A stretch of 64,000 nucleotides of DNA from an uncultured Lachnospiraceae bacterium (GCA_964388305.1 CAYMAA010000001.1:884-64883); one strand, 5' to 3'; counted from the first letter of the stretch, positions 46,424 to 57,308 are shown. Numbers and translations are program-made. The notes: generated by a model not told the origin, from the sequence alone.

Positions 46424-49400
46424 ATGAAAAAATTTTGTAAAGCCGTTGCTTTGCTTTTATCGGCGGCAATGGTTTCTGCCTTGGCGCCTGCAGGCGCTGC
46501 CTTTGCGGCAGATGACAAGCTGCTTGCTTTTCCCGGCGCAGAGGGCGGCGGCAAGTATGCAAAGGGCGCAAGAGCAAGCGAAAACCCTGTTGTATATCAT
46601 GTAACCAATCTTAACGACAGCGGAGAAGGCTCCTTCAGAGATGCCGTTTCCCAGCCGGGCAGATATGTTGTTTTTGATATTGACGGAGCGGTCAAGCTTA
46701 CAAGCGGAACAGTATCCGTTGCGGGAAACACCACAATTTTGGGGCAGACTGCCCCGGGCGAGGGCATCACAATTACGGGTAACGATGTTCAAACCAAAAA
46801 CGGTGCGGAGGATATTATTATAAGATACCTTAAGGTAAGACCGACAGACGCAAACGGCGTTGAGCCTGACGGACTTGGCGGCAGATTTAACACAAATGTT
46901 ATTTTTGACCACTGTTCTCTGAGCTGGTCGGTAGATGAGCTTATTACACTTTACGCAGGCTCTTATGAGTCCACAAGCGACAGCAATCCTCATGGAAACC
47001 ACTTAACCGTTCAAAACACTCTTGCGGCTGAAAGCCTTAGAATGAGCAGCCACTTTAAGGGCGCTCACGGCTACGGCGGAATTATGGGCGCAGATTATTC
47101 TTCATACCATCACAATCTCCTTGCCCATCATGACAGCAGAAGTCCCAGACTGGACAGAGAGATGGACGGAACAGAGGTTATTAACAACGTAATTTATGAC
47201 TGGGGGCAAACAAACTCTGCTTACGGCGGAGAACCCGGCTCCATGCACTACAAAACATTTAACCCCACAAGAGTAAATTATACCGATAATTACTATCAGT
47301 ACGGGCCTTCTACAAGATCAAGCCTCCGTACAAGAATTTTTGATGTTACAAACGATACAAGCAAAAGCGACGGGCATAAATCCGACTTCTACTTTAACGG
47401 CAATTATGTCGGCGGAAGCACAAGTGTTACGGCAAATAACAAATCCGGCATTAACAACAGTGCAAACGCAAACCTTTTGGACGAGCCTGTTTCTATGGTA
47501 GATGATACGGGAGAGGACTTTGCGCTTACTCCTCAAACCTACAGCGAGGCTTATGACAGCGTTCTTGCAAATGTTGGCGCTACTCTTCCAAAAAGAGATG
47601 CCATTGACGCAAGAATTATTGATGACGTAAAACACCAAACAGGACGTGTTATAAACAACGCAACAGAGGTTGGCGGACTTATTGATTTTGCTTCGGGAAC
47701 AACCGTTACAAGAGTATTTGCCGTTCCCGATGAATGGAAAACAGCCAACGGTGTTTCGGAGCTTGGAGAAACGGATATTATTACAAGCGGCGAATTTGCA
47801 GGCTACAGTGTTATTGAGGCTTATGTAAACGATTGGACGGCAAAGCAGAGCGAGCCTACAAACCCGTCAATTACCGTAAGCTCACCTACCGTTGCATCAA
47901 ACAGCAAAACCACTCTTTGGACTGTTATTAACGTAAATGAAACCGTTAATTATGCGGCAACGGCAACGGATATGGGTTCTCCCGTAACAAAAATGGAGCT
48001 TTATGACGGAAACGACCTTATAAAAGCTTATGAGGGCGCAGCATCAATTAACGACAACATTTCTCTTGAAGAGGGAACACACTTCCTTACCTGCCGTGCT
48101 TATAATGAAAAGGGCGAAAAAACCCAAAGCACGGAAGCCATTGTTTATGTTAAAGGCACAGAGCCGACGGAAGAACAGGCAAACGGCTTTACATTTACGG
48201 AAATCGGCAGCGGCAAGTATGCAGGCAAGGGCGGAATTGCGGCAAACGCAGACGGAACAATGACTCTTTACGGCTCGGGAACCTCAGGAAATGCAGGCTC
48301 TTCAAGCTATGGCACAGCAAGCACAACAACAGATTCCGTTTCTTATTATTATAAAAAGCTAAGCGGTAACTTTGACGTAAGCATTAAGGTTGGCGCAATT
48401 GAGAGATTTGAAAATCAGGCTCTTAACGGTCTTATGCTCAGAGAAACTCTTGACGCAGGCTCCAGAATGGTTATGGCTGCGGACAGTATTCTTAAATACG
48501 GCGAAAATGACAGACTTCTTTACAGAACAACAGCAAACACAAAGGCAACCGTTGAATATTTTAAGACGGCGGACAATGTAACGGTAGAAAACTCATCAAG
48601 CGGAGATAACTACGATGTCGCTCCTTATATGAGAATAGTACGTTACGGCGATGATGTTTATACATATCTTTCACAAAGCGGAACTGATTGGACAGATGAT
48701 GTAAGGCAGGTTTCAAAGGTTACTCTTGAGGGGCTTGCAGATGAAGTTTACATTGGCTACGCAACGGATTCCGCCGATACAATTTCGGTAATTCCTTACT
48801 TTGCTTGTTCTGATTTTGAAATAAACTATGTTAAAACAGGCGATGAGGTGACTGACCCCGGCGCTGACGATACCTTCTATGTTCCCGTTTATGAAGATCA
48901 TACAACGGAAAACGGCTTTGCCTACAGCGAATCCTTCCTTATGGAAAACAAGGATGCGACAAGCGGTTTAAGCGTTGGCAACTGGGTAACATCCTCAGAC
49001 GGAACCTTGGCAACAACCGCAACAGAGGTTAAAATGGCTGTTGAAGGAAACGATACTCCTAAGCTTAGCCTTAACGATAAGGCTGTTCAAATAGAAGTGC
49101 CGGAGGAATATCAAACAGGCAAATACACTGTTGATTATGACTTCCTTACAACGGATACCTCCTCCCGTTCTTTCAGAGTATATCTGGACAATGCGGTTCA
49201 TCCTTATAACAGCGAAACGGGGCAGGCAACTGAAATGGGTGTAGACGGGTCGTTCGTTCATATTTTGGATATTAACGGCAAGGTTTATGCTACAACAGAT
49301 GTTGCTTCACTTTCCACAAAAACAGCTACAGCTGACGCAGCCGAGCTTTTTGCAATAGACGCAAATAAGTGGTATCACGTTACAATAAGCGGCACAAACG

Positions 49401-49816
49401 GCGCAGATGACCTTACAATAACAGTATCTCAGCATGGCACAGACGGACAGTATAATCCCGACAGCCTTACACAGGTTTATACAGGCAGCTTGCCTGTTAC
49501 CGTTGGCAGAGATACAACATTTAAACAGCTTAAATTTATGAAAACCGCCGCAGGCAAGCAGTATTATGACAATATTATTTTTGCGGGAGAAAAAGGCGAT
49601 GACCCTGAGCCAATAATTGCGGGCAGCGGCGATGTTGACGGAAACGGTATAGTTACGGCAAATGACCCTGCAATAGTCCTTTCCTACGCAAATAACAAAG
49701 AGCTTACCATAAAAGATGGCTGGAACATTAGCGAAGGAGATATTAACGGCGACGGAAGTATTAATGCAGATGATGCGGCAAAAATACTTTTAAAGGTTTT
49801 AAATTACACAAAATAA
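46424..49816 (+). CDS. secreted multidomain pectate lyase-like (PL1-type) protein with a C-terminal dockerin
   Basis: Signal peptide, then a PL1-like N-domain (FPGAEGGGKYAKGA...VYHVTNLNDSGEGSFRDAV...ILGQTAPGEGITI...IIRYLKVRP). An Ig-like domain and beta-sandwich regions follow, then the dockerin duplicated Ca-loop. Confidence 0.8.
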   Translation: MKKFCKAVALLLSAAMVSALAPAGAAFAADDKLLAFPGAEGGGKYAKGARASENPVVYHVTNLNDSGEGSFRDAVSQPGRYVVFDIDGAVKLTSGTVSVAGNTTILGQTAPGEGITITGNDVQTKNGAEDIIIRYLKVRPTDANGVEPDGLGGRFNTNVIFDHCSLSWSVDELITLYAGSYESTSDSNPHGNHLTVQNTLAAESLRMSSHFKGAHGYGGIMGADYSSYHHNLLAHHDSRSPRLDREMDGTEVINNVIYDWGQTNSAYGGEPGSMHYKTFNPTRVNYTDNYYQYGPSTRSSLRTRIFDVTNDTSKSDGHKSDFYFNGNYVGGSTSVTANNKSGINNSANANLLDEPVSMVDDTGEDFALTPQTYSEAYDSVLANVGATLPKRDAIDARIIDDVKHQTGRVINNATEVGGLIDFASGTTVTRVFAVPDEWKTANGVSELGETDIITSGEFAGYSVIEAYVNDWTAKQSEPTNPSITVSSPTVASNSKTTLWTVINVNETVNYAATATDMGSPVTKMELYDGNDLIKAYEGAASINDNISLEEGTHFLTCRAYNEKGEKTQSTEAIVYVKGTEPTEEQANGFTFTEIGSGKYAGKGGIAANADGTMTLYGSGTSGNAGSSSYGTASTTTDSVSYYYKKLSGNFDVSIKVGAIERFENQALNGLMLRETLDAGSRMVMAADSILKYGENDRLLYRTTANTKATVEYFKTADNVTVENSSSGDNYDVAPYMRIVRYGDDVYTYLSQSGTDWTDDVRQVSKVTLEGLADEVYIGYATDSADTISVIPYFACSDFEINYVKTGDEVTDPGADDTFYVPVYEDHTTENGFAYSESFLMENKDATSGLSVGNWVTSSDGTLATTATEVKMAVEGNDTPKLSLNDKAVQIEVPEEYQTGKYTVDYDFLTTDTSSRSFRVYLDNAVHPYNSETGQATEMGVDGSFVHILDINGKVYATTDVASLSTKTATADAAELFAIDANKWYHVTISGTNGADDLTITVSQHGTDGQYNPDSLTQVYTGSLPVTVGRDTTFKQLKFMKTAAGKQYYDNIIFAGEKGDDPEPIIAGSGDVDGNGIVTANDPAIVLSYANNKELTIKDGWNISEGDINGDGSINADDAAKILLKVLNYTK
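49628..49813 (+). other. type I-like dockerin module
   Basis: Duplicated F-hand segments GDVDGNGIVTANDPAIVL and GDINGDGSINADDAAKIL. Confidence 0.85.
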
Positions 49817-49834
49817 TAAACTGATTGCATTTAT

Positions 49835-49866
49835 GAGATGCGGTTTTATGACCGCATCTCTTTTTT
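49835..49866 (+). terminator. intrinsic terminator
   Basis: Perfect 10-bp stem GAGATGCGGT / ACCGCATCTC followed by T6. Confidence 0.85.
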
Positions 49867-50035
49867 AACGGGATTTTTGTCATTATATTAATAAATATTA
49901 TGAAAGTTTGATTAAATTTAAAAAAAGCTATGGATTTTATATTTAAAGTGTGGTATGATTTATATTGATTGCTGATAAAGACATTTTTTGGGGTATTAAG
50001 AAACAGGTGTTTCCTTAAATTTGGAGGTTATATAT

Positions 50036-51418
50036 ATGAGTAAGCGTTTTGCGATTTATTTTGGTTTAATAACAGCGGCTTTTTGTATGATTTTTGGTGT
50101 AAATGCTTATTGTGCCAACGAAACCATAAGGGTAGGACTTGTTACGGGCTTTAGCGGAATAAGCTCTGTGGGAATAGGCGGTCAAAGCGTTATGGTTGGC
50201 AGTTCATCGGGCAGCAGCTTTAGTGAAATAGAATATTTTGATTTTAGCGGCGGCGCAACGGTTGAAAAATCCAACGGGTATTATGTGGCTGTGGGTGGCA
50301 GCTTTGGCAGCTATGCCGAGGCAAAGGCTTACGGAGATGCTCAAACAGGCTATAACATAATTCCCGCTTATGTGGGCAGCGGAATGTGGAGAGCATATTT
50401 GGGGGCCTACGATACAAATGAAAATGCAGTTTTGGCAAGCGGAAAGTTCCCCGGAGGGGGAACGGTTTGCGCTCCCAAGGCTGTTACTGTTTACATAAAA
50501 GGCGGCAACGACAGAATGATTTATGACGGTGACAGTAATTTTGCCATTGCGGGGGACAGTGTTACCAATTTGGGAGGCGGCTCTTACAGAGGCTACATAG
50601 AGCTTTATCCTGCGGAGGGCAGCTTTACAGCGGTTAATGTAGTTCCGCTTGAAAGCTATCTTTGCGGAGTTGTACCTGCGGAAATGCCAAGCGGCTGGGG
50701 CAGCGAGGCGCTTAAAGCACAGGCTGTTGCCGCAAGAACCTATACGGTAAACAAGGTAAACAGCGGCGGCGAAACGGCATATTACAATATATGCGACAAT
50801 ACCCATTGCCAAATGTATACGGGAACAAAGGCTGAAGCTGAAACGGCAACGGCTGCCGTAAAAGCAACAGAGGGGCAGGTAATTACATACGGCGGAGAGC
50901 TTATTAATGCGGTGTACTGTTCCTCCGCAGGCGGAGTTACGGACGATTGTGAAAATGTTTGGGGAAACAGTGTGCCGTACCTTAAAAGTGTTGAAGAGAT
51001 AGAAGGCGCGCAGGTTGTGGAATGGAACAGGAGCTTTACATTCAGTGAGCTTAGCTCTCTGCTCAGTCAAAACGGTGCGGATATTGGCAAGCTTGTTTAT
51101 GTAAGCGTTGTCAGAAGCGACAACGGAAGGGTTTATTCCATGACATTTACCGGTGAAAAGAGCAGCTACACAATCCAAAAGGAGGACATTAAAACATTCT
51201 TTTCACCCCTTGGCGGCAGTTTAAAGGACAGAGTGTTTGACATAAGCCTGAATTACGATAACGGTGACGGTCAGTTTACATTAACTATAGACGGAAAAGG
51301 CTGGGGGCATGGTTTAGGACTTAGTCAGTACGGCGCGGCAAGCATGGCTGCGGCAGGCTACAGCTATGAGGACATAGTTAAGCATTATTACACAGGTGTG
51401 GAGCTTTCAAGCTATTAA
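50036..51418 (+). CDS. SpoIID/LytB-domain protein (stage II sporulation protein D-like)
   Basis: Motifs LESYLCGVVPAEMPSGWGSEALKAQAVAARTY and NICDNTHCQMYTG. The ATG at 50036 lies after GGAGG. Confidence 0.85.
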   Translation: MSKRFAIYFGLITAAFCMIFGVNAYCANETIRVGLVTGFSGISSVGIGGQSVMVGSSSGSSFSEIEYFDFSGGATVEKSNGYYVAVGGSFGSYAEAKAYGDAQTGYNIIPAYVGSGMWRAYLGAYDTNENAVLASGKFPGGGTVCAPKAVTVYIKGGNDRMIYDGDSNFAIAGDSVTNLGGGSYRGYIELYPAEGSFTAVNVVPLESYLCGVVPAEMPSGWGSEALKAQAVAARTYTVNKVNSGGETAYYNICDNTHCQMYTGTKAEAETATAAVKATEGQVITYGGELINAVYCSSAGGVTDDCENVWGNSVPYLKSVEEIEGAQVVEWNRSFTFSELSSLLSQNGADIGKLVYVSVVRSDNGRVYSMTFTGEKSSYTIQKEDIKTFFSPLGGSLKDRVFDISLNYDNGDGQFTLTIDGKGWGHGLGLSQYGAASMAAAGYSYEDIVKHYYTGVELSSY

Positions 51419-51441
51419 TATTATATGGGAGAGTGAACAAA

Positions 51442-51469
51442 AAGGGAAATACAAAAGAGTATTTCCCTT
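51442..51469 (+). terminator. terminator-like hairpin without a U-tract, abutting the queA start
   Basis: 11-bp perfect stem AAGGGAAATAC / GTATTTCCCTT with a 6-nt loop. It ends 5 nt before the queA ATG. Confidence 0.35.
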
Positions 51470-51474
51470 AATAT

Positions 51475-52503
51475 ATGAAAACAGCAGACTTTTATTACTA
51501 TTTACCTCAAGAGCTTATTGCTCAAACCCCTTTAAAGGACAGGGCGGCGTCACGGCTTTTGGTTTTGGATAAAAAAACGGGAGAAATATGCCATAAGCAT
51601 TTTAGGGATATTAAGGAATATTTAAAACCCGGGGACTGCCTTGTTATTAACAACACAAAGGTTATACCCGCAAGGCTCATTGGTGAAAGAAAGAATACGG
51701 GAGCAAGAGTGGAAATGCTTTTGCTTAAAAGAACAGAGGGTAACAGGTGGGAAACCCTTGTGTACCCGGGCAAAAAAGCCAAAATAGGAAATATTATAGA
51801 ATTTGGCGGAGGTCTTTTGGAGGCGGAAATTGTTGATGTTGTAAATGACGGAAACAGAATTGCAGAATTTAAGTACAACGGTATTTTTGAAGAAATACTC
51901 GATAAATTGGGTCAAATGCCCCTGCCCCCTTATATTACCGAAAAATTGGAGGATAAAACAAGGTACCAAACGGTTTATGCAAAATATGACGGCTCGGCGG
52001 CAGCGCCAACGGCAGGCTTGCATTTTACAAAAGAGCTTTTAAAAGAGTTAGAGAATACGGGCGTTAAAATTGCGCAGCTTACTCTCCATGTTGGTTTGGG
52101 AACATTTCGTCCCGTTAAGGCAGAGGATATAACAGACCACAAAATGCACAGCGAGTTTTACGTTTTGGAGCAGGATCAGGCAGATATTATAAATAAAGCA
52201 AAGCAAAACGGCGGCAGGGTTGTGGCTGTCGGCACTACAAGCTGCCGCACGTTGGAGTCAGTTGCGGAAGAAAACGGTTTTTTAAAAGCAAAAAGCGGTT
52301 GGACGGATATTTTTATTTACCCCGGCTATAAATTCAAAATTGTGGATAACCTAATAACCAATTTTCATCTTCCCGAGTCCACTTTAATAATGCTTGTAAG
52401 CGCTCTTGCGGGCAAGGATAGAATAATGAACGCTTATGCCGAGGCGGTTAAGGAAAAATACAGGTTTTTCTCCTTTGGCGACGCCATGTTTATTAAAGAC
52501 TGA
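51475..52503 (+). CDS. queA: S-adenosylmethionine:tRNA ribosyltransferase-isomerase
   Basis: N-terminus [27 protein letters not shown] and the C-terminal [10 protein letters not shown] pattern. Confidence 0.95.
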   Translation: MKTADFYYYLPQELIAQTPLKDRAASRLLVLDKKTGEICHKHFRDIKEYLKPGDCLVINNTKVIPARLIGERKNTGARVEMLLLKRTEGNRWETLVYPGKKAKIGNIIEFGGGLLEAEIVDVVNDGNRIAEFKYNGIFEEILDKLGQMPLPPYITEKLEDKTRYQTVYAKYDGSAAAPTAGLHFTKELLKELENTGVKIAQLTLHVGLGTFRPVKAEDITDHKMHSEFYVLEQDQADIINKAKQNGGRVVAVGTTSCRTLESVAEENGFLKAKSGWTDIFIYPGYKFKIVDNLITNFHLPESTLIMLVSALAGKDRIMNAYAEAVKEKYRFFSFGDAMFIKD

Positions 52504-53286
52504 TTATTTAAGGCTTGAATAAACCTTTGGGCGAAAATCCGCCTTTGCAGGGAATTTTTTGCGGTAGGCTGCCACTGTTTGCGGCACAATTTCGCAGTAG
52601 GTTAAGCACTCACTGCTGTCCGCCTCCGTAAGAAGATTTCCATAACAATCGTAAGCGGCGGAATGACCGTTATATTCAATACCGTTGCCCGTGCCTGTAC
52701 GGTTTACCCCTATAACATAGGCTTGATTTTCTATTGCTCTTCCACGGAGGAGATAATTCCACTGGGAAATACGGCTTTCAGGCCAATTTGCAATTATTAT
52801 TAAAAGATGAGCTGACTGTGACGCCGCCAAAAACGGCTGAGGAAAACGCAGGTCGTAGCAAATAAAGGGCGAAAGAGTTACGTCCTTTATTACAGTTCTT
52901 GTTATTGAATTTCCTCCGGTGAAAAATTTATCCTCGCCGCTGTAGGTAAATGGGTGGATTTTGTCATAAAAAGCAGCAATCTCCCCATTGCTGTTTGTAA
53001 TTACAATTCTGTTATAGCTTTTGGAGCTTTCATTTATAATTACACCAAAAGCTATGGCAATTTTATTCTTTTCAGACAGCTCCTGCATAAATTTTACTGT
53101 GGGAGATTTTTTATAGCTTTCTCCGCAAAGCTGTGTGTTTGTTGTAAAGCCCGTAAAACTCATTTCGGGAAAAATTATTAAATCCGCATTGTTTTGGGCG
53201 GCAATAGCCGTAAAGCCTTCTGCCTTTTTTAAATTTTCCTCTTTGTTCTCCCATATAATGTTTGTTTGACAAAGCGCCGCTTTCAT
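52504..53286 (-). CDS. carbon-nitrogen hydrolase (nitrilase superfamily) protein
   Basis: Glu-Lys-Cys signature context (FPEMSFTG, YDKIHPF, FICYDLRFP). Confidence 0.8.
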   Translation of the reverse strand: MKAALCQTNIIWENKEENLKKAEGFTAIAAQNNADLIIFPEMSFTGFTTNTQLCGESYKKSPTVKFMQELSEKNKIAIAFGVIINESSKSYNRIVITNSNGEIAAFYDKIHPFTYSGEDKFFTGGNSITRTVIKDVTLSPFICYDLRFPQPFLAASQSAHLLIIIANWPESRISQWNYLLRGRAIENQAYVIGVNRTGTGNGIEYNGHSAAYDCYGNLLTEADSSECLTYCEIVPQTVAAYRKKFPAKADFRPKVYSSLK

Positions 53287-53610
53287 TCTATCACCTCATA
53301 GCTTTATAAAATTTAAGGAAAAGCTAATACCTTGTATGGCGTTTTTATATAAAAATATTTTTAGCTTATTCCCATATCCAAAATTGTAATAATACAAAAG
53401 CAGTGTGTTAAACCGCTCCATATACTTATCTGTTATGGTTAAAATTCCTGCCCTGTTTTCCATCTTCATTCCGCAATATACATTTTCGTCACATTTCTTT
53501 TTTGCGAGAAACAGGCATTGCTCCGCTGTTAAATTATATTTATCCGAAAATACCGTTTTTCCGCCTCTATTATTATATTAGAATATAGTTAAGATAAAAT
53601 CAAGTAAAAT

Positions 53611-53649
53611 GTTATAAAAGACCTTGCAAAACCGCTTCTGCAAGGTCTT
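53611..53649 (-). terminator. intrinsic terminator of ppdK
   Basis: 11-bp stem AAGACCTTGCA / TGCAAGGTCTT. On the minus strand UUUUAUAAC follows it. Confidence 0.7.
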
Positions 53650-53697
53650 ATTGTAATATTATACCACTATGGTTAAGGCTTTTCTCTAACTAATATT

Positions 53698-56334
53698 TTA
53701 TCTCGGATATTTAATTTGCGCCTGTGCCGCCGCCAAGCGTGCAATAGGAACACGGAATGGTGAGCAGGAAACATAGTTCAAACCCGATTTATGGAAAAAT
53801 TCTATTGAAGATGGGTCGCCGCCATGCTCGCCGCATATACCAAGCTTGATGTTGGGACGAGTAGCTTTGCCGCCCTTTATGGCAATATTTACAAGCTTGC
53901 CTACGCCGTGAGTATCCAGCCTTGCGGTTGGGTCTGCCTCATAAATATGCTTGTCCTTATAATTTTTAAGAATTGTGCCTGCATCATCTCTTGAAAGACC
54001 GTAGGTAAGCTGAGTAAGGTCGTTTGTACCAAATGAGAAGAACTCAGCAACCTCTGCAATTTCATCAGCCAAAAGAGCAGCTCTGGGTATTTCAATCATT
54101 GTACCCACCTTATACTCAATTTCCGTACCGCTTTCCGCAATAATTTTATCTGCCGTAGCCTTTACGATATTTACAACAAAGTTAAGCTCCTTAACATCAC
54201 CTATTAAAGGAATCATAATTTCGGGTTTAATATCATAGCCGTAGCTTTCCTTAACATCTATTGCCGCTTCAATAATGGCTTTTGTCTGCATTTCGGGCAA
54301 TTCGGGATAAGAAACCGCAAGACGGCATCCCCTGTGGCCCATCATTGGGTTAAGCTCATGAAGGTTGTGCGCCTTAACCTTAAGCTTTTCCGTAGGAATA
54401 TTCATCAGCTTTGAAACCGCATCAAACTCCGCATCGGTTGTTGGCAAAAATTCGTGAAGAGGAGGGTCTAAAAGACGTACCGTAACGGGAAGATTTTTCA
54501 TAACCTTATAAATTTCTCTAAAATCCTTTGCCTGATATTCTTCCAGAGCCTTTATAGCCTCTTTGCGTTCTTCCTCGCTGTCGGAAAGTACAAAGCAGCG
54601 CATTTTCGGTATTCTGTCCTCATTAAAGAACATATGCTCCGTTCTTACAAGACCAATGCCCTCTGCGCCGAACTCCAGCGCTTTTTTAGCATCTCTCGGA
54701 GTATCACTGTTTGTACGCACCTGCAGCTTGCGGATAGCGTCCGCCCAAGACATAAACTCTTCAAAATCCTTATTAATTTCAGGCTCTGTTGTAGGTATAT
54801 CCGCAGCATAAATAAAGCCTGTATTGCCGTCTAACGAAATGTAGCTGTCCTCTGTAAAGTGTTCGCCGCCAAGCTCAAAAAATTTGTCCTCGGCGGAAAT
54901 TTTAATATCCTCACAGCCTGATACACAGCAGGTACCCATACCTCTTGCAACAACCGCCGCATGGGAGGTCATACCGCCTCTTACGGTAAGAATACCCTGC
55001 GCCGCAGCCATTCCCTCAATATCCTCGGGTGAGGTTTCAAGACGTACCAAAACAACTCTTTCCCCTTTTTCAGCTCTTTCCTTTGCATCCTCCGCAGTAA
55101 ACACTACCTTGCCTGCCGCCGCACCGGGAGATGCGGGAAGTCCCTTTCCTACAGGGTCTGCCTTTTCAAGAGCATATTTTACAAAAACAGGGTGGAGGAG
55201 CTGATCCAGCTGTTTGGGGTCTACGCTTAAAAGAGCCTCTTCCTTTGTGGCAAGACCCTCTCTTACAAGATCCACCGCAATTTTAACGGCTGCTATGCCT
55301 GTACGCTTGCCTATACGGGTTTGCAGCATATACAGCTTGCCGTCCTCAAATGTAACCTCCATATCCTGCATATCTTTATAATGAGTTTCCAATGTATTTG
55401 CCACTTTTACAATATCCGTATACAATGCGGCAAGGTCGGGGTCTGCTTCCTTGGCAAGGTGGTTAATATCCGACGGGGTTCTTACACCTGCAACCACGTC
55501 CTCACCCTGAGCGTCTATAAGATATTCTCCAAAAAGAACCTTTTCTCCAGTTTTTGGATTTCGTGAAAACAGAACCGCCGTACCCGACTTGCTGCCTGTG
55601 TTGCCGAAAACCATTGACTGCACGTTTACTGCCGTACCCCAGTCGTAAGGAATATCGTTCATTTGACGGTAGAAGTTTGCCCTCGGGTTATCCCATGAGC
55701 GGAAAACAGCCATAATTGCCGCATAGAGCTGTTCCTTTGCGTCCTGCGGGAATGGCGAGCCGTGCTTTTCGTTATAAATTTTTTTAAACTTTGACGCAAT
55801 TTTCTTAAAGTCCTCAGCGTCCAAATCCACATCATATTTTACGCCTTTTTCCGCCTTGTATTCATCAAGATACTGCTCAAAGTGGGACTTAGGCACGCCT
55901 ATAACAACATCCGCAAACATCATTATAAATCTTCTGTAAGAGTCATAAGCAAAACGCTCGTTGTTGGATTTTTTCGCAAGTCCCACAACGGCTTTATCGT
56001 TTAAACCCAAATTAAGTACAGTATCCATCATACCCGGCATAGAGGCACGGGCGCCCGAACGAACGGATACAAGGAGAGGATTTTCAATATCTCCCAATTT
56101 TTTGCCTATCTTCTCCTCAAGCTTTGCAAGCGCCGTTTCCACCTGCTGTGTAATTTCTTCCGAAAGTGTTCCTGTTTTGCTGTATTCCATACAAGCATCG
56201 GTGGTTACGGTAAACCCCGGAGGTACGGGAAGATTTATAGACGCCATTTCGGCAAGGTTGGCGCCTTTACCGCCTAAAAGATTACGCATGGCGGCGTTAC
56301 CCTCTTCAAACATATATACATACTTTTTTGCCAT
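53698..56334 (-). CDS. ppdK: pyruvate, phosphate dikinase
   Basis: 878 aa with the phosphohistidine region GGMTSHAAVVARG and PEP-utilizer C-terminal motifs. Confidence 0.95.
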   Translation of the reverse strand: MAKKYVYMFEEGNAAMRNLLGGKGANLAEMASINLPVPPGFTVTTDACMEYSKTGTLSEEITQQVETALAKLEEKIGKKLGDIENPLLVSVRSGARASMPGMMDTVLNLGLNDKAVVGLAKKSNNERFAYDSYRRFIMMFADVVIGVPKSHFEQYLDEYKAEKGVKYDVDLDAEDFKKIASKFKKIYNEKHGSPFPQDAKEQLYAAIMAVFRSWDNPRANFYRQMNDIPYDWGTAVNVQSMVFGNTGSKSGTAVLFSRNPKTGEKVLFGEYLIDAQGEDVVAGVRTPSDINHLAKEADPDLAALYTDIVKVANTLETHYKDMQDMEVTFEDGKLYMLQTRIGKRTGIAAVKIAVDLVREGLATKEEALLSVDPKQLDQLLHPVFVKYALEKADPVGKGLPASPGAAAGKVVFTAEDAKERAEKGERVVLVRLETSPEDIEGMAAAQGILTVRGGMTSHAAVVARGMGTCCVSGCEDIKISAEDKFFELGGEHFTEDSYISLDGNTGFIYAADIPTTEPEINKDFEEFMSWADAIRKLQVRTNSDTPRDAKKALEFGAEGIGLVRTEHMFFNEDRIPKMRCFVLSDSEEERKEAIKALEEYQAKDFREIYKVMKNLPVTVRLLDPPLHEFLPTTDAEFDAVSKLMNIPTEKLKVKAHNLHELNPMMGHRGCRLAVSYPELPEMQTKAIIEAAIDVKESYGYDIKPEIMIPLIGDVKELNFVVNIVKATADKIIAESGTEIEYKVGTMIEIPRAALLADEIAEVAEFFSFGTNDLTQLTYGLSRDDAGTILKNYKDKHIYEADPTARLDTHGVGKLVNIAIKGGKATRPNIKLGICGEHGGDPSSIEFFHKSGLNYVSCSPFRVPIARLAAAQAQIKYPR

Positions 56335-56751
56335 AAAACATCCTCCTTAACAGTAGGCTACTTCTAAAAATTATTGTTATGCCTTAATTTTTGGAAATAC
56401 CGGAATAAATTTTTAAGAAACCGCAGATTAATCAGTCCTTCGCAGCTTTCGGACAAAATTTCCGTTGCTTTCGGCAGAGCCTGCCTTTGCCTTGGGTTGA
56501 TACGAAAAATTTGCATTGAAATTTGCTTTGGCGAGTTAATCGGTATTTTCTTAATAAAAATGTTTGTTTATTGGATTTAATTATAACATACTCTTAGGAA
56601 AATGTAAACAAAATTATATAAAAAAGTATAATTTTTTTGGTAAAAGTGATGATTGGCAAAAAAATTGCTCAAATATATATTGTTTTACATTTCTAAAAAT
56701 TGTATTTTGCGCATATTGGGTTTTGATTAATCTTTATAAATGCTGTATCTT

Positions 56752-57276
56752 TTATTTGTATGAAAGATACAGGTATTTGTAAATTAAATTTAAAGTATTT
56801 TTTTCCGTAAAATATCCGCAGGCTTTTTTGTTATATTCAAATAGATTAAAAAAGTCATTTTTGCTTAATACTTCTTTTTCTCCGCAGCAATCTTCGGCTT
56901 TGGCTCTTATATTTTCTATAAAGCTAAAATTGTCAACGAAAATATACACATTTTTTGTTTTGTCAATATCTTTTGGTATTAAGTCCGCATCATCGCCTGA
57001 AAGTATTAAAATTATATCCATAAGTATATTTATATCATAACAGAATTTTTCATTTGTCAAAATATTCTTTCCGGATTTTTGTTGAATATAAAAATTCAAA
57101 GCTGTTCTAAAAAGATTGCTTAATGAAAAACCCATATCCTCGGCAATGCAGTTTATAACCTTGCTTACACCTCTTTTGTAGCGTATACCCACATTTTCGT
57201 AAGTAAATTTGTTATATTTCAGCCGGATTTCCGCCGCTCTTTTTTTACCCTCTTCTGTTCTTTTAACAGTTGACAT
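56752..57276 (-). CDS. hypothetical protein with a putative N-terminal ribbon-helix-helix domain
   Basis: The ATG at 57276 lies after AAGGGGG. The N-terminus has the strand-helix-helix pattern VGIRYKRGVSKVINCIAEDMGFSLSNLFRTALNFYI. The C-terminal ~110 aa are unrecognised. The locus is very AT-rich. Confidence 0.55.
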   Translation of the reverse strand: MSTVKRTEEGKKRAAEIRLKYNKFTYENVGIRYKRGVSKVINCIAEDMGFSLSNLFRTALNFYIQQKSGKNILTNEKFCYDINILMDIILILSGDDADLIPKDIDKTKNVYIFVDNFSFIENIRAKAEDCCGEKEVLSKNDFFNLFEYNKKACGYFTEKNTLNLIYKYLYLSYK

Positions 57277-57308
57277 AAAAATTACCCCCTTGTTTTTTAA
57301 AAAAATTA

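Noticed and set aside
50204-51178. 324-aa ORF antisense to the SpoIID-like gene. The same applies to the other long antisense ORFs at 46457..47002, 1616..1975, 2588..3049, 27129..27599 and 30016..30453.
   Set aside because: In each case the opposite strand encodes a protein with clear family motifs. The antisense products are Cys/Arg/Ala-rich or low-complexity and lack starts with SD sequences.
56374-56782. Two plus-strand ORFs (56374..56580 and 56564..56782) upstream of ppdK.
   Set aside because: They sit in AT-rich intergenic DNA that contains repeat copies. They have no SD, and the products are hydrophobic or low-complexity. They were treated as non-coding.
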